64,000 bases of DNA from Puia sp. (GCA_035501395.1 DATJWK010000020.1:3851-67850), one strand, 5' to 3'; counted from the stretch's first letter, positions 39,460-49,943 are shown. Notes: a model not told the origin generated them from the sequence alone. Numbers and translations are program-made.

Positions 39460-39467
39460 CAAAAGTA
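39460..39467 (-). promoter_or_regulatory. -7 box TACTTTTG, 6 nt upstream of the cysteine desulfurase ATG
   Basis: Exact TAnnTTTG match. Confidence 0.6.
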
Positions 39468-39486
39468 CGAATTCCCGGTCAGGCGA

Positions 39487-39554
39487 CAATCGGTCAGGGC
39501 GCGTTCGCCAGGGGCAGCTTCCGCCAGAGCTGCAATCGGTCAGGGCGCGATCGC
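39487..39554. repeat. Direct repeat CAATCGGTCAGGGCGCG(T/A)TCGC at 39487-39508 and 39533-39554
   Basis: 21 of 22 positions identical; the second copy contains the last codons and stop of glmM. Confidence 0.85.
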
Positions 39555-40925
39555 TTCTTTGATATCCTGCATCAGTCGGAGCGCGATATTATTCGCCGTC
39601 GTTTCGAAATTGCTTTCGGCGTAGATACGAATGATCGGTTCGGTATTGGAAGAACGAAGATGGACCCAATCGTTATCGAACTCTATTTTCAGCCCATCGT
39701 CCGTATTGACCGGATGGTTCTTGTATTTCTTTTTTATTTTCTCCAGTACCGCCGGCACATCGATCCCCTGACGAAGCTCGATCTTGTTCTTGGAAATGAA
39801 ATAATCCGGATATTTTTTTCGCAGCGATTTCACCCCGCCCCGATGATGGGACAAGGCGCTAAGGAAAAGACCGATGCCGACCAACGCGTCGCGGCCGTAG
39901 TGCAGGTCCGGCACGATGATCCCGCCGTTCCCTTCGCCGCCGATCACCGCATCCACGGCCTTCATCGCGCTGACGACGTTGACCTCGCCGACCGCAGATG
40001 GAAAATACCGGCCACCGTGCCCTTCCGTGATCTCTTTCAGCGCCTTGGTGCTGCTCATGTTGCTCACCGTGTTCCCGGGGCGACGGCTCAGCACATAATC
40101 GGCCACGGCCACCAGGGTGTATTCTTCGCCGAACATGCTGCCGTCTTCGCAGACAAAACAAAGTCTGTCCACATCGGGGTCGACGGCTATGCCGAGGTCA
40201 GCCCTCGATTTCTTCACCTGTGCGCTGAGACCGACCAGGTTTTCCGGTAACGGTTCGGGGTTGTGGGCAAAGCGGCCATTGACTTCGTCGTTTAACAGCT
40301 GGATGTCTTCCACTCCGAGGGCCTTTAGCAGGGGTGGGATGAATATGGCGCCGGTCGAGTTGATCACATCCACCACCACCTTTAGTTTTCGCTCGCGGAT
40401 AGCCGTCACATCCACCAGCGGATAATATACCACGGCCTCTATATGCCGCTGCAACCATGCATTCGAGAGCTGATATTCTCCGAGCCTGTCAACAGGAGCG
40501 AATATAAAGTCTTCCTTTTGGGCCTTTTCCAAAATGGCGGCACCCTCCGGCGCGCTGATAAATTCACCTTCGTTGTTTAGCAATTTGAGTGCATTCCATT
40601 CCTGGGGATTGTGGCTCGCGGTCAGGATGATCCCGCCGGCGGCCTTTTCGCCCGCGACTGCGAGTTCCACGGTTGGGGTAGTCGAAAGGCCGAGATCGAT
40701 CACATCCAGGCCAAGTCCTCTCAACGTATTGACCACCAGAGCATTTACCATTTCCCCACTCATCCGCCCGTCCCGGCCGACGACGATTTTTCTGCCCTTG
40801 CCCAATTGAAGGATCCTGCTGCCGTAGGCGGCCGTGAACTTTACGATGTCCAACGGAGACAGGTTATCTCCCGGCTTCCCCCCGATCGTCCCCCGGATAC
40901 CGGAAATACTCTTTATCAATGCCAC
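39540..40925 (-). CDS. glmM: Phosphoglucosamine mutase
   Basis: SISGIRG, LTASHNP, DPDVDR, GEGNGG, RSSNTEPIIRIYAE. Confidence 0.92.
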   Translation of the reverse strand: MALIKSISGIRGTIGGKPGDNLSPLDIVKFTAAYGSRILQLGKGRKIVVGRDGRMSGEMVNALVVNTLRGLGLDVIDLGLSTTPTVELAVAGEKAAGGIILTASHNPQEWNALKLLNNEGEFISAPEGAAILEKAQKEDFIFAPVDRLGEYQLSNAWLQRHIEAVVYYPLVDVTAIRERKLKVVVDVINSTGAIFIPPLLKALGVEDIQLLNDEVNGRFAHNPEPLPENLVGLSAQVKKSRADLGIAVDPDVDRLCFVCEDGSMFGEEYTLVAVADYVLSRRPGNTVSNMSSTKALKEITEGHGGRYFPSAVGEVNVVSAMKAVDAVIGGEGNGGIIVPDLHYGRDALVGIGLFLSALSHHRGGVKSLRKKYPDYFISKNKIELRQGIDVPAVLEKIKKKYKNHPVNTDDGLKIEFDNDWVHLRSSNTEPIIRIYAESNFETTANNIALRLMQDIKEAIAP

Positions 40926-41219
40926 GAAATGCTAGTTTTAAATGACCACAAAAATAAGGTTTTCCGACCGGCGGCCGGCGATTATTCCGGCCTATGGTGG
41001 GTGATCATCCCGCCTCCGCCCGGCGTTGCCGGGGACACAAATAAAATGGCCGCTCCCCGAACGGAAACGGCCAATGCAATAGAATAGGGTTTAACCGGAT
41101 ATCTTAGAGCGCCGGGACCGGCCCGGCGCATTTGATCTTCAACAAAGATACCGCCGCGACCGACCGGAAACAATAGTATTTACCCCCATTCCGCCCGGCT
41201 TTTATCAGCCGGAAATCTA

Positions 41220-43256
41220 CTATTTCCGATTCTTCAACAGCATATACCGGGCGGTTTCGTACAGGCCTTCGGTGAGCTGTTCCAGTTGTTGCCTGACCGG
41301 TCCGGTCATCAGTTGAGGGGATACCGGGTTGTTATCCGTAACCGATGCCATCTCTACGTTTCCCGTGATGAGACCGCGACGATAGAAAAGACCGTCCTTT
41401 AGTAGTCCGATGTATGCCTGGTCGGGGTCGTAGATAAACGCGAATTCTTTCCCCCGGTTACGCACGGTATCCAGGATGTCCCTGCCCAATGTGGTATTGC
41501 GGTATGGGATGTGGCAAAGGCCGGCGAGTGTGGGTAGTACATCGAGCTGGCTGCAATCGAAGGGGAATCGTCGCCCGGCTTTCCTGCCGGGCGCATAGAT
41601 CAGCAGCGGCACATGTTCCGCCGTCAGGCGGTCTGTGGTCCAGGCCCTTGGGAAAAGATTGCCGGCATCTCCGGGTATCCCGTGGTCGCCGACAAAAAGG
41701 AAGATCGTGTTGGAAAAGAATTTCTCTTTTGATGCAGCCTCTATAAATGTTCGATAGCCAAAATCGGTGTACCGAAAGGCATTCATTTCGTCGTCGCTGG
41801 TAAATCCGAACCTTTGCAGTGAGTCGCCGGATACATGGATCGAATGAAATGCGGCCTGATCTTCTTTTGGGATGGTGTAGGGGCGATGATTGTCGGCGGT
41901 CTGGATGACGGCAAAAAAGGGATGGTCGCGGGTCCGCAGGACTTTTGTCGCCTCAAGAAAGAGGTTCTTATCGCTAATGCCCCACACGTCTACTTTTGGC
42001 GCCTGGTAGTCCTGTTGTTCGTACAGGTGAAGGCCGCGGATATTATTGGTCAGCAACCCCCGGATATTAGCCCAACTGGTGCTGCCGCCGAGGAAATAGA
42101 ATTTGTCGTATCCTTGGAAATCGTTGATGATCGTGTGCTGATCGACCGCCGCGGGATTGCGGCTCGAGGTGCTCGTCGCAGGCGACACATCCGGGATACC
42201 GGTGACCACCGCCCAAACGCCTCTCGCAGTTCCATAGGAAGGCGTAAAGCAATGGTCGAAGAACAATCCTTCGCGGCAAAGGCTGTCGAAGAAAGGCGTC
42301 GTGTTCAGCGGGTTTCCCCACATCGAGCTTTTGTAGGCGCTAAAAGATTCGCAGATCACAACGATCACATTCGGTCGGGTGCCCGGGGAAAGATGGTCGG
42401 GCGGCGGCGTGCCCGGAATGATCCGCGTATAACCGCTATCCCAACCAAAATAGGGCGCGAGGATGGGGTATGCCGCTTTAACTTTTGCTTCATCGTAGGT
42501 CGAATGACGGAACTTCAGGCTGCTAAAGAAGGACTGGAACGGATTCAGGGAGAGGTTCGCCTGATAGTCGCCACCTTCCGCAAACGCGTCGCTCCAGCGC
42601 AGCGGGTATTGGCCGATGCGGCCGAAGATACCAAGACCGAGAAGAAGAAAGGTCGCCGCGAACCAGACCACCCGCGCACGGCGGGAAAGCGGGGCGCCGG
42701 AGGATGCGGGGACGTAGGATGCGGTGCTGTCATGGTCCCTGATCCGCCCGAATGTCCACCGGATGATCCGGCGGATCGCCCATGTGCCGGCAATCAGGAT
42801 CAGGACGATGCGCAACACGGGATAGGTCTGCCAAACTACGCCCGCCGAGATGCTCGTATCGGTCAGATAGTTCAGCACGCTGGCGCTCAGGCGTTGGGAG
42901 AGATAGGCGTAGTATGCGAAGTCCACGCAATAAAAGAAGACTACCCACAACCCCGCTAGTGAGGTGAGGAAGAAAAGCCATTTTCGCCCTGCATTGCGCC
43001 GGAACGGATCGAGGATCGGCCAGCTCGAGCCGATCAGTATCAGGACCCCGAGGATGCCCGCGTAGCGCAGGTCAAAGCGAACGCCCAGCCCGAAGCAAGA
43101 CAGGAGCGAGAAAAAGGAATGTCCCTGTGAAGAAAAAACGATGTACAAGGCCAGTCGTAACAGGCTCATGATCAACAAAAAAATAATAGTAATAGCCAAA
43201 ACCAAACGCACCGATTTTGGTATATTTGGTAAATTTGCCGCTGATCTGTTTAACAT
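41220..43256 (-). CDS. LTA synthase family / sulfatase-like membrane protein
   Basis: N-terminal TM helices; NVIVVICESF, GTARG, FVGDHG, SQLDVLPTL. Confidence 0.88.
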   Translation of the reverse strand: MLNRSAANLPNIPKSVRLVLAITIIFLLIMSLLRLALYIVFSSQGHSFFSLLSCFGLGVRFDLRYAGILGVLILIGSSWPILDPFRRNAGRKWLFFLTSLAGLWVVFFYCVDFAYYAYLSQRLSASVLNYLTDTSISAGVVWQTYPVLRIVLILIAGTWAIRRIIRWTFGRIRDHDSTASYVPASSGAPLSRRARVVWFAATFLLLGLGIFGRIGQYPLRWSDAFAEGGDYQANLSLNPFQSFFSSLKFRHSTYDEAKVKAAYPILAPYFGWDSGYTRIIPGTPPPDHLSPGTRPNVIVVICESFSAYKSSMWGNPLNTTPFFDSLCREGLFFDHCFTPSYGTARGVWAVVTGIPDVSPATSTSSRNPAAVDQHTIINDFQGYDKFYFLGGSTSWANIRGLLTNNIRGLHLYEQQDYQAPKVDVWGISDKNLFLEATKVLRTRDHPFFAVIQTADNHRPYTIPKEDQAAFHSIHVSGDSLQRFGFTSDDEMNAFRYTDFGYRTFIEAASKEKFFSNTIFLFVGDHGIPGDAGNLFPRAWTTDRLTAEHVPLLIYAPGRKAGRRFPFDCSQLDVLPTLAGLCHIPYRNTTLGRDILDTVRNRGKEFAFIYDPDQAYIGLLKDGLFYRRGLITGNVEMASVTDNNPVSPQLMTGPVRQQLEQLTEGLYETARYMLLKNRK

Positions 43257-43374
43257 GTCCGAGTCGAATTTTGCAGTGGCCGGCGCCCCGGGGCGCTACG
43301 GCCGGGTTTAAAGTCTGCAACAGGTTATCAACCCGTTGCAGGGGGCATAAAATTAGATCAAATATATTGAAACC

Positions 43375-44004
43375 ATGATTTTACTCGACACCGGTGCTCC
43401 TCCGGCTTTCTTACACAAGATTTTGCAGGGTGACTACTGGCTCTTTTCCCATATCAACCAGCGGTGGACAGCTCCTTTCCTGGACAGCGTCCTGTTATTT
43501 ATGCGGGAAGCGGAATTCTGGGTTCCTTTTTATCTTTTCCTGCTCGTCTTTATCACCATGAATTTTGGCAAGAAGGGCTGGTTGTGGTCGTTCTACCTGA
43601 TCATGGCCGTGATCGTCAGCGATCTTATCAGCAGCCATCTCATCAAGGACCGGCTCGTCAACCGCTTACGCCCCTGCGGCAATCCGTTTTGGGCCGATTC
43701 CATCCGTTTCCTTGCCAATTACTGTCCGGTGAGTTCCGGTTTCACGTCCTCTCATGCCAGTAACCATTTTGCGATGGCCGTCTTTATATACCGGACGCTA
43801 AAGCCGGTCAGCCGCTGGTGGTCGCTCGTGCTGCTCTGGGCCTTCCTTATCAGTTATGCGCAGGTTTATGTCGGTGTTCATTACCCGCTGGATGTGATTT
43901 CCGGCGGTCTTCTCGGTTCGCTGATCGGGTGGCTGGTCAGTTTTGTTTTCCGGCGTCAGGTCGGAATGCTTCCTTTACCAACCAATTCGATCTCCCATGC
44001 TTGA
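43375..44004 (+). CDS. PAP2 family phosphatase
   Basis: K..VNRLRP, FTSSHASN, QVYVGVHYPLD. Confidence 0.9.
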   Translation: MILLDTGAPPAFLHKILQGDYWLFSHINQRWTAPFLDSVLLFMREAEFWVPFYLFLLVFITMNFGKKGWLWSFYLIMAVIVSDLISSHLIKDRLVNRLRPCGNPFWADSIRFLANYCPVSSGFTSSHASNHFAMAVFIYRTLKPVSRWWSLVLLWAFLISYAQVYVGVHYPLDVISGGLLGSLIGWLVSFVFRRQVGMLPLPTNSISHA

Positions 44005-45313
44005 ACTGATCATCCTCATCTTCCTGATCTTTCTTAACGGGCTTTTCGTCATGGCGGAGATCGCCCTGGTGTCGGCGAGGAAGACGCGGCTGGAGACGCT
44101 TGCCGACGACGGCGATGACCGGGCCCGATCGGCGCTCCGGCTATCGGAGCACCCCGAGCTTTTTCTTTCGACGGCACAGATCTTCATCACGCTGATCGCG
44201 ATCCTGACCGGTTTCTATTCCGGTGAAAAATTCAGCGGCGACCTTCAGCCTTATCTCGAAAAGATACCCTATATCCGGCATGCCGCCGCCGATATCTCTA
44301 CGGGGCTTATTCTTGTCTTCGTCACGCTGGCGTCCATCATCTTCGGAGAACTGATCCCGAAGCGCATCGGCCTCCTGCGGGCCGAGCAGATCGCCCGTTT
44401 TGTCGCACGTCCGGTCAGGACGCTCTCACGGATCACCTATCCGCTTGTCTGGCTGTTGAACAATACCAGCAACCTCTTTTTCAAGATCTTTCCCGTCAAT
44501 CCTTCCACGGACAGCGCAGTCACGGAAGACGAGATCAAGGCTATCATCAATGAAGGCACGGAGCAAGGCGCGATAGAGGAAGTCGAACAGGATATCATCG
44601 AACGGGTATTCCATCTGGGAGACCGGAATATTACCTCCCTGATGACACACCGAAGCGATATCATCTGGTTTGACCTCAACGAGAACGAAGAGACCATGAA
44701 GGAAAAGATCATCCGCGAGCCTCATTCGGTTTACCCGATCTGTGACGGGGATATCGACAATATCAAGGGGGTGGTCACGATCAAGGATCTCTATGTCACG
44801 CCCGATGATGTGCTTTTCAGGGACATCATGACCCCCGCGTTGTTCATCCCCGAAAATAACACGGCGTACATGGTGCTCGAGAAGTTCAAGCAAAGCGGCA
44901 TCCATTGTTGTTTTATCGTCGATGAGTATGGCAGCCTGCTTGGCCTGATCACGATAAACGATATCCTGGAGGCGATCGTCGGCGATATCACGCAGCCGGA
45001 CGCTCCGCCGGATTACGAGATCAAGGAACGGGAGGATGGCAGTTATCTTGTCGACGCACAGGTGCCTTTTTATGACTTCCTTACGCATTTCCATAAGACC
45101 GAGTGGATGAATGAAGGCGATCATGAATTCGATACCCTGGCCGGATTTATTCTGAACCAGCTGGAACATATTCCCACAACGGGCGAAAAGATGCAATGGC
45201 GCGGAATGACTTTCGAGATCGCCGACATGGATGCGGCAAGAATCGACAAGGTGCTGGTGTCGTTGTCCCCGCAGTTGAAGGCCGAGGTGAAAGCGGAGGA
45301 CGACGCGCATTGA
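43997..45313 (+). CDS. Hemolysin-family (CNNM/DUF21-CBS-CorC) protein
   Basis: FVMAEIALVS, FGELIPK, CBS pair, VDEYG, TLAGF. Confidence 0.92.
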   Translation: MLELIILIFLIFLNGLFVMAEIALVSARKTRLETLADDGDDRARSALRLSEHPELFLSTAQIFITLIAILTGFYSGEKFSGDLQPYLEKIPYIRHAAADISTGLILVFVTLASIIFGELIPKRIGLLRAEQIARFVARPVRTLSRITYPLVWLLNNTSNLFFKIFPVNPSTDSAVTEDEIKAIINEGTEQGAIEEVEQDIIERVFHLGDRNITSLMTHRSDIIWFDLNENEETMKEKIIREPHSVYPICDGDIDNIKGVVTIKDLYVTPDDVLFRDIMTPALFIPENNTAYMVLEKFKQSGIHCCFIVDEYGSLLGLITINDILEAIVGDITQPDAPPDYEIKEREDGSYLVDAQVPFYDFLTHFHKTEWMNEGDHEFDTLAGFILNQLEHIPTTGEKMQWRGMTFEIADMDAARIDKVLVSLSPQLKAEVKAEDDAH

Positions 45314-45338
45314 CGGCACGCAGCCGGGTAGGACGGGA

Positions 45339-45872
45339 TCAGAACTGAAAACTCGCAGCGGCAGCGGGACAATCCAGTCTTGTACTTTGTCGCTGGCCGC
45401 CCACCGTTACGTGCATGATATTTATCTCCTGGGGAAAACCGTCGTACAGCAGGTCGTTGGCGACATCGATTCGTCTGACCGCGGGCACGTCGTCGACCTG
45501 GAAATAGCTCCAGGTGCCGTCTTCTTCCTTTTCACTGCCGACGAAATGCAGCTGGGCCGGCTTCCCGTCCACTTTTAGCCGAAGGTGACGCCCGACGTAT
45601 GCTGCGATCAGCTTGTCCGTGGCCGGCTTATCTTTTGCCGCCGAAAGGTCGACCCTGGTGCCGGCGGCTTTCTCCAGCACGGTCTCGAAATCATTCGTAA
45701 ACATCTTGCAGCTGACTTCCAGGATCTTGTCCTTAGGGTTGTGGTTGATCTCGGTGACGGTGATATACAGCGGGTGCCGCGAGGTGTTCGGGCCGGACAC
45801 CCCGGTTAGAGGCCACGCGGAAACGGCGAATAAAATCGGGCCAGCCAACCACTTAAATAGCGATGGAGCCAT
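45339..45872 (-). CDS. DUF6702-like secreted protein
   Basis: Signal peptide, then HPLYITVTEI, KMFTNDFE, NIMHV. Confidence 0.75.
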   Translation of the reverse strand: MAPSLFKWLAGPILFAVSAWPLTGVSGPNTSRHPLYITVTEINHNPKDKILEVSCKMFTNDFETVLEKAAGTRVDLSAAKDKPATDKLIAAYVGRHLRLKVDGKPAQLHFVGSEKEEDGTWSYFQVDDVPAVRRIDVANDLLYDGFPQEINIMHVTVGGQRQSTRLDCPAAAASFQF

Positions 45873-45952
45873 TTAAAAAGTAAATTTTTGTACTACAAAA
45901 GTCTGAATAATTTTACAAAGCCGGGCATTGCCCGGCGCACTTTCTGCGCAAT

Positions 45953-46573
45953 ATGGAGGATTTCAGGCTCTATTTCGGATTGGGAACGGAACATATCCTC
46001 ACGTGGGAAGCCATGGACCATATCCTGTTCGTGGCGGCCCTTTGTTTGCGTTACCTGATCAGGGACTGGAGAAAAGTGGTAGTGCTGGTGACGGCCTTTA
46101 CGATCGGTCATTCCGTTACGCTGGCTCTCAGCGCGCTGCATCTTGTGCATGTCAATACCCGACTGATCGAATTCCTGATCCCGTTGACGATCGTAGCCAC
46201 TGCCTGCAATAACCTCTTTCAACGGACAGGGCAGGTCGAGCATCCATCGCGTTTACCGCTTATCTATTTTTTCGCGCTGTTCTTCGGCCTTATCCATGGC
46301 CTTGCCTTCGCGAGCACGTTTCTGAGCCTGGAAGGCCGGGAGGGGTTAGTGTTGCATTTGTTTGCCTTCAACCTGGGTATCGAAGCCGCCCAACTACTGG
46401 TGGTAGCGATCATCCTTGTCATTTCCTTTGTTTTTGTCCAGCTGATCCGATTGAAGCGCACGTGGTGGGTCTGGGGGATCTCCGCGCTTGTGCTGGTTGC
46501 GTCGGTTAAAATGGCGGTCGATCGCTGGCCCGGCTCCGGTATTTTCAACTTTTCACATAAAACCAACACATGA
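45953..46573 (+). CDS. HupE/UreJ-like membrane protein
   Basis: GTEHIL, DHILF, TAFTIGHSVTL, FFGLIHG, FNLGIE. Confidence 0.85.
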   Translation: MEDFRLYFGLGTEHILTWEAMDHILFVAALCLRYLIRDWRKVVVLVTAFTIGHSVTLALSALHLVHVNTRLIEFLIPLTIVATACNNLFQRTGQVEHPSRLPLIYFFALFFGLIHGLAFASTFLSLEGREGLVLHLFAFNLGIEAAQLLVVAIILVISFVFVQLIRLKRTWWVWGISALVLVASVKMAVDRWPGSGIFNFSHKTNT

Positions 46574-49005
46574 GTAAATTACTGCTTCTGCCGGGATGGG
46601 CCCGGTTCACGCTGTTCGTCCTTTGTTCCTGTTCGGTTGGGGTCCTTTCGGGCCAGGACATTAAAAACAATCCGACTTCCAACCACGGCAACAAATTCGA
46701 GGCGTTGGGAACGATCCTCCCGTCACCAAACGAATATCGCACCGCCAGCGGAGCCCCGGGGCCCAAGTACTGGCAGCAACGGTGCGACTATGATATCACC
46801 GCCGACCTCGATGAGGACAAGCTTCTGCTCACCGGTTCGGAGACGATCACCTATTTCAACAACTCTCCCACCGAGCTCACCTATCTCTGGATGCAGCTCG
46901 ACGAGAATCAGCACAGTTCCAAGTACAATGCCAACTACCAGGACGGCAGTTCGCTTCCTCACGTGGTCAGCGACCAGAACCTCCGCCGCCTGGAAAACGA
47001 ATCGACGCCAAACGATTTTGGAGATCATATCGTCAAGATGACCGACGCCCTCGGCAAACCGCTCCAGTACATGATCAACAAGACGATGATGCGGGTAGAG
47101 CTCCCGACGCCCCTCAAGCCCGGAATGAAATTCATTTTCAAGGTCGACTGGAATTACAGGATCACCGATCGCAAGTCCGTAGGTGGCCGCGGCGGTTACG
47201 AATACTTTCCCGATGACGGCAACTATCTGTTCACGATGACCCAATGGTACCCCCGTCTTTGTGTGTACAGCGATTTCCAGGGCTGGCAGAACAACCAGTT
47301 CACCGGTCGCGGGGAATTTGCGCTGACATTCGGAAATTTCAACGTCAGGATGACCGTGCCGGCCGATCATATTATCGGTGCCACCGGGCAGTGCCAGAAC
47401 TATCAGCAGGTGCTGACACCGGCGCAGTATGCGCGCTGGCAGCAGGCGCAGACGGCGAAGGAACCGGTTGAGATCGTCACGCTTGCTGAGGCCAAGGCGT
47501 CGGAAGCGAAGAAGAACAAGGCTAAAAAGACCTGGATCTTCAAAGCCGATAATGTCCGGGACTTTGCCTGGGGTTCTTCACGGAAATTCGTCATGGATGC
47601 GATGCCCACATATGTCGAAGGAAAGAAAGTGATGTGTATGAGCTACTATGGCAAGGAAGCGTATAACCTCTACCGCCGCTTTTCCACCAAGGTCGTAGCG
47701 CATACGATCAAGACGTATTCGCATTTTACGATACCGTTCCCGTATCCCGTCGCGCAGAGCGTAGAGGCGTCCAACGGCATGGAATATCCGATGATCTGCT
47801 TCAATTTCGGCCGGACGGAAGCGGATGGCACCTATAGCGAGGCCACGAAATATGGAATGCTCGGGGTGGTCATCCATGAGGTAGGCCACAACTTCTTCCC
47901 GATGATCGTCAACAGCGACGAGCGCCAGTGGAGCTGGATGGATGAAGGTCTTAATTCCTTTGTCGAATACCTCACCGAGGAGCTTTGGGACAATCATTTC
48001 CCGGTTCGCGGCAAGGGACCCGCCTGGGCCATCGTAGACTATATGAAGCTCCCCAAGGATCAACTGGAACCCATTATGACCAATTCGGAGAACATCAACC
48101 AATTCGGCCCGAACGCCTATACCAAGCCCGCCACGGCCCTGAATATCCTTCGCGAGACGATCATGGGCCGCGAGCTATTCGACTATGCGTTCAAGGAATA
48201 TGCGCGTCGCTGGGCGTTCAAACATCCTACGCCCGCCGATTTTTTCCGGACGATGAATGATGCCAGCGCAGAGAATCTCGATTGGTTCTGGCGCGGCTGG
48301 TTTTACGGCATCGAACCCGTGGATATCGCATTGGACAGCGTCAAGCACCTGGTGCCCGACTTCGATAACCCGCCCGCACGAAGGGACACGACCGTGATGG
48401 CCAGTATCGACAAGCCGCTTCCGGATGGCAAGTTCCCGACCGATGTATCGAAGGTTCGCAACCGCGAGGACAAGAACATCGTGTTCCCGACCGATGCCGA
48501 TACGACGCTGCATGATTTCTACTGGAAATATACCCGCGGCCAGATCCCGTATGATACGACAAAATATCCGCAGCATACCGAAGGGATTCCCATGGGTCGC
48601 TTTGTCGCGCCGGATGAACCGATGGACGATGCTACCCGCGAAGCGATCAAAAAGAAACAGTTCTATGAGCTGCAGTTCAGCAATAAGGGCGGGCTGGTGA
48701 TGCCGATCATTATCGAGTGGACGTTCAAGGACGGTACCAAGGAGGTGGAACGGATCCCCGCGCAGGTCTGGCGGAAGAATGAGGCGCACCTGACGAAGGT
48801 CTTCGCGAAGGACAAGGAGGTGGCCAGCATCAAGCTCGACCCCAACCGCGAGACCGCGGATATCGACGAGAGCAATAACAGCTATCCGGTGGTACAGACG
48901 GAAAGTAAGTTCCAGGTCTTCAAATCGCGGCAGGCCGCGCCACGCGCGATCCCGCAAGGCAACAATCCGATGCAGCTGACCGGAAAGGAAAAGAAGGCGT
49001 TCTAG
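46570..49005 (+). CDS. M1 family metallopeptidase, secreted
   Basis: NGMEYP, HEVGH followed by MDEG; GTGA overlap with the HupE/UreJ gene. Confidence 0.9.
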   Translation: MSKLLLLPGWARFTLFVLCSCSVGVLSGQDIKNNPTSNHGNKFEALGTILPSPNEYRTASGAPGPKYWQQRCDYDITADLDEDKLLLTGSETITYFNNSPTELTYLWMQLDENQHSSKYNANYQDGSSLPHVVSDQNLRRLENESTPNDFGDHIVKMTDALGKPLQYMINKTMMRVELPTPLKPGMKFIFKVDWNYRITDRKSVGGRGGYEYFPDDGNYLFTMTQWYPRLCVYSDFQGWQNNQFTGRGEFALTFGNFNVRMTVPADHIIGATGQCQNYQQVLTPAQYARWQQAQTAKEPVEIVTLAEAKASEAKKNKAKKTWIFKADNVRDFAWGSSRKFVMDAMPTYVEGKKVMCMSYYGKEAYNLYRRFSTKVVAHTIKTYSHFTIPFPYPVAQSVEASNGMEYPMICFNFGRTEADGTYSEATKYGMLGVVIHEVGHNFFPMIVNSDERQWSWMDEGLNSFVEYLTEELWDNHFPVRGKGPAWAIVDYMKLPKDQLEPIMTNSENINQFGPNAYTKPATALNILRETIMGRELFDYAFKEYARRWAFKHPTPADFFRTMNDASAENLDWFWRGWFYGIEPVDIALDSVKHLVPDFDNPPARRDTTVMASIDKPLPDGKFPTDVSKVRNREDKNIVFPTDADTTLHDFYWKYTRGQIPYDTTKYPQHTEGIPMGRFVAPDEPMDDATREAIKKKQFYELQFSNKGGLVMPIIIEWTFKDGTKEVERIPAQVWRKNEAHLTKVFAKDKEVASIKLDPNRETADIDESNNSYPVVQTESKFQVFKSRQAAPRAIPQGNNPMQLTGKEKKAF

Positions 49006-49943
49006 GACCCTTTCAATAGGGCCACGACGTCTTCCACTTCGAACAGCAGGCTGGAGGAAAAGATCTCCTTCAGGAAGGACACATGACCCGAGCCGATATA
49101 TAGCAGGATCGCCTTGTCGTGCGCAAAGTCGATCCGGCGCAGGACGTTCGTATAGATCCGCATATTGCGGCGATAAAAATCGCTGGCCAGGTCGGCGCCG
49201 GGATAGTCTTGTCCCTCCCCCACCCTGGCATAGACCAGGTTGTACAGGTCGGCGCCAGAGGCGATGACCTCCGGGGTGTTATTGGAAATGATGACGTCGG
49301 TCAGCGTATGGCCGGGCGGCGACTGATAGTAGGAGTAGATCGCGCTGATCCGCGCGGTGATCGATCTGGCGATGCTATCCTTTGGATGATTGAGGTCGGT
49401 GAGGATATCCGTCTGATGATGCTGGACGGCATAGGCCATCAGGGAATCGTAGTCGAAGTCTCCCCCCGCATCGGCGCAATAGATATGCGGGAGTTTCAGC
49501 CATTTCCCCAGGCGATAGCCAACCTGGTAAACTTCATTATTCCCCAGTTCGAATTCATTCCGCAAATATAGCGGATAGGTGGTATCGACGTATCCCTGTC
49601 TGTCCGTGGTCCATTCGACAAACACGCGGTCGGGGGAGGCCGAAGCCAGCCGGCGGACGAGGTCATCCAGTTCGCGTTGCCTTTCGGGTGTTTTCATATC
49701 CACTTTTGCCGTCTTGTAGACGTCGCCTGAGGCTCCGTCAAAATGAAAGGTGCCGACAATGTACACTTTGATCTTTTGCGCGATGGGCGTAGAGACCGGA
49801 AGCGGCGGAGCGGGAGTTTGCGCACGCGTAAGGAAGGATGCGAGCAGGAGAAAGAGAATTCCGCACCGGGCTTTTGAGAAATGGGAGCGGCTTTGCGGGA
49901 AATGGCGGCCGGCTTTCAGATTGCGGCGATTGGACCTTTGCAT
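49002..49943 (-). CDS. DUF5694-like exported protein (TraB/GumN-like motifs)
   Basis: IVGTFHF, FVEW, NEVYQVG, RRNMRI, IGSGH; start uncertain. Confidence 0.65.
   Translation of the reverse strand: MQRSNRRNLKAGRHFPQSRSHFSKARCGILFLLLASFLTRAQTPAPPLPVSTPIAQKIKVYIVGTFHFDGASGDVYKTAKVDMKTPERQRELDDLVRRLASASPDRVFVEWTTDRQGYVDTTYPLYLRNEFELGNNEVYQVGYRLGKWLKLPHIYCADAGGDFDYDSLMAYAVQHHQTDILTDLNHPKDSIARSITARISAIYSYYQSPPGHTLTDVIISNNTPEVIASGADLYNLVYARVGEGQDYPGADLASDFYRRNMRIYTNVLRRIDFAHDKAILLYIGSGHVSFLKEIFSSSLLFEVEDVVALLKGS

Noticed and set aside
41835-42959. 374-aa plus-strand ORF
   Set aside because: Antisense shadow of the LTA synthase-like gene.
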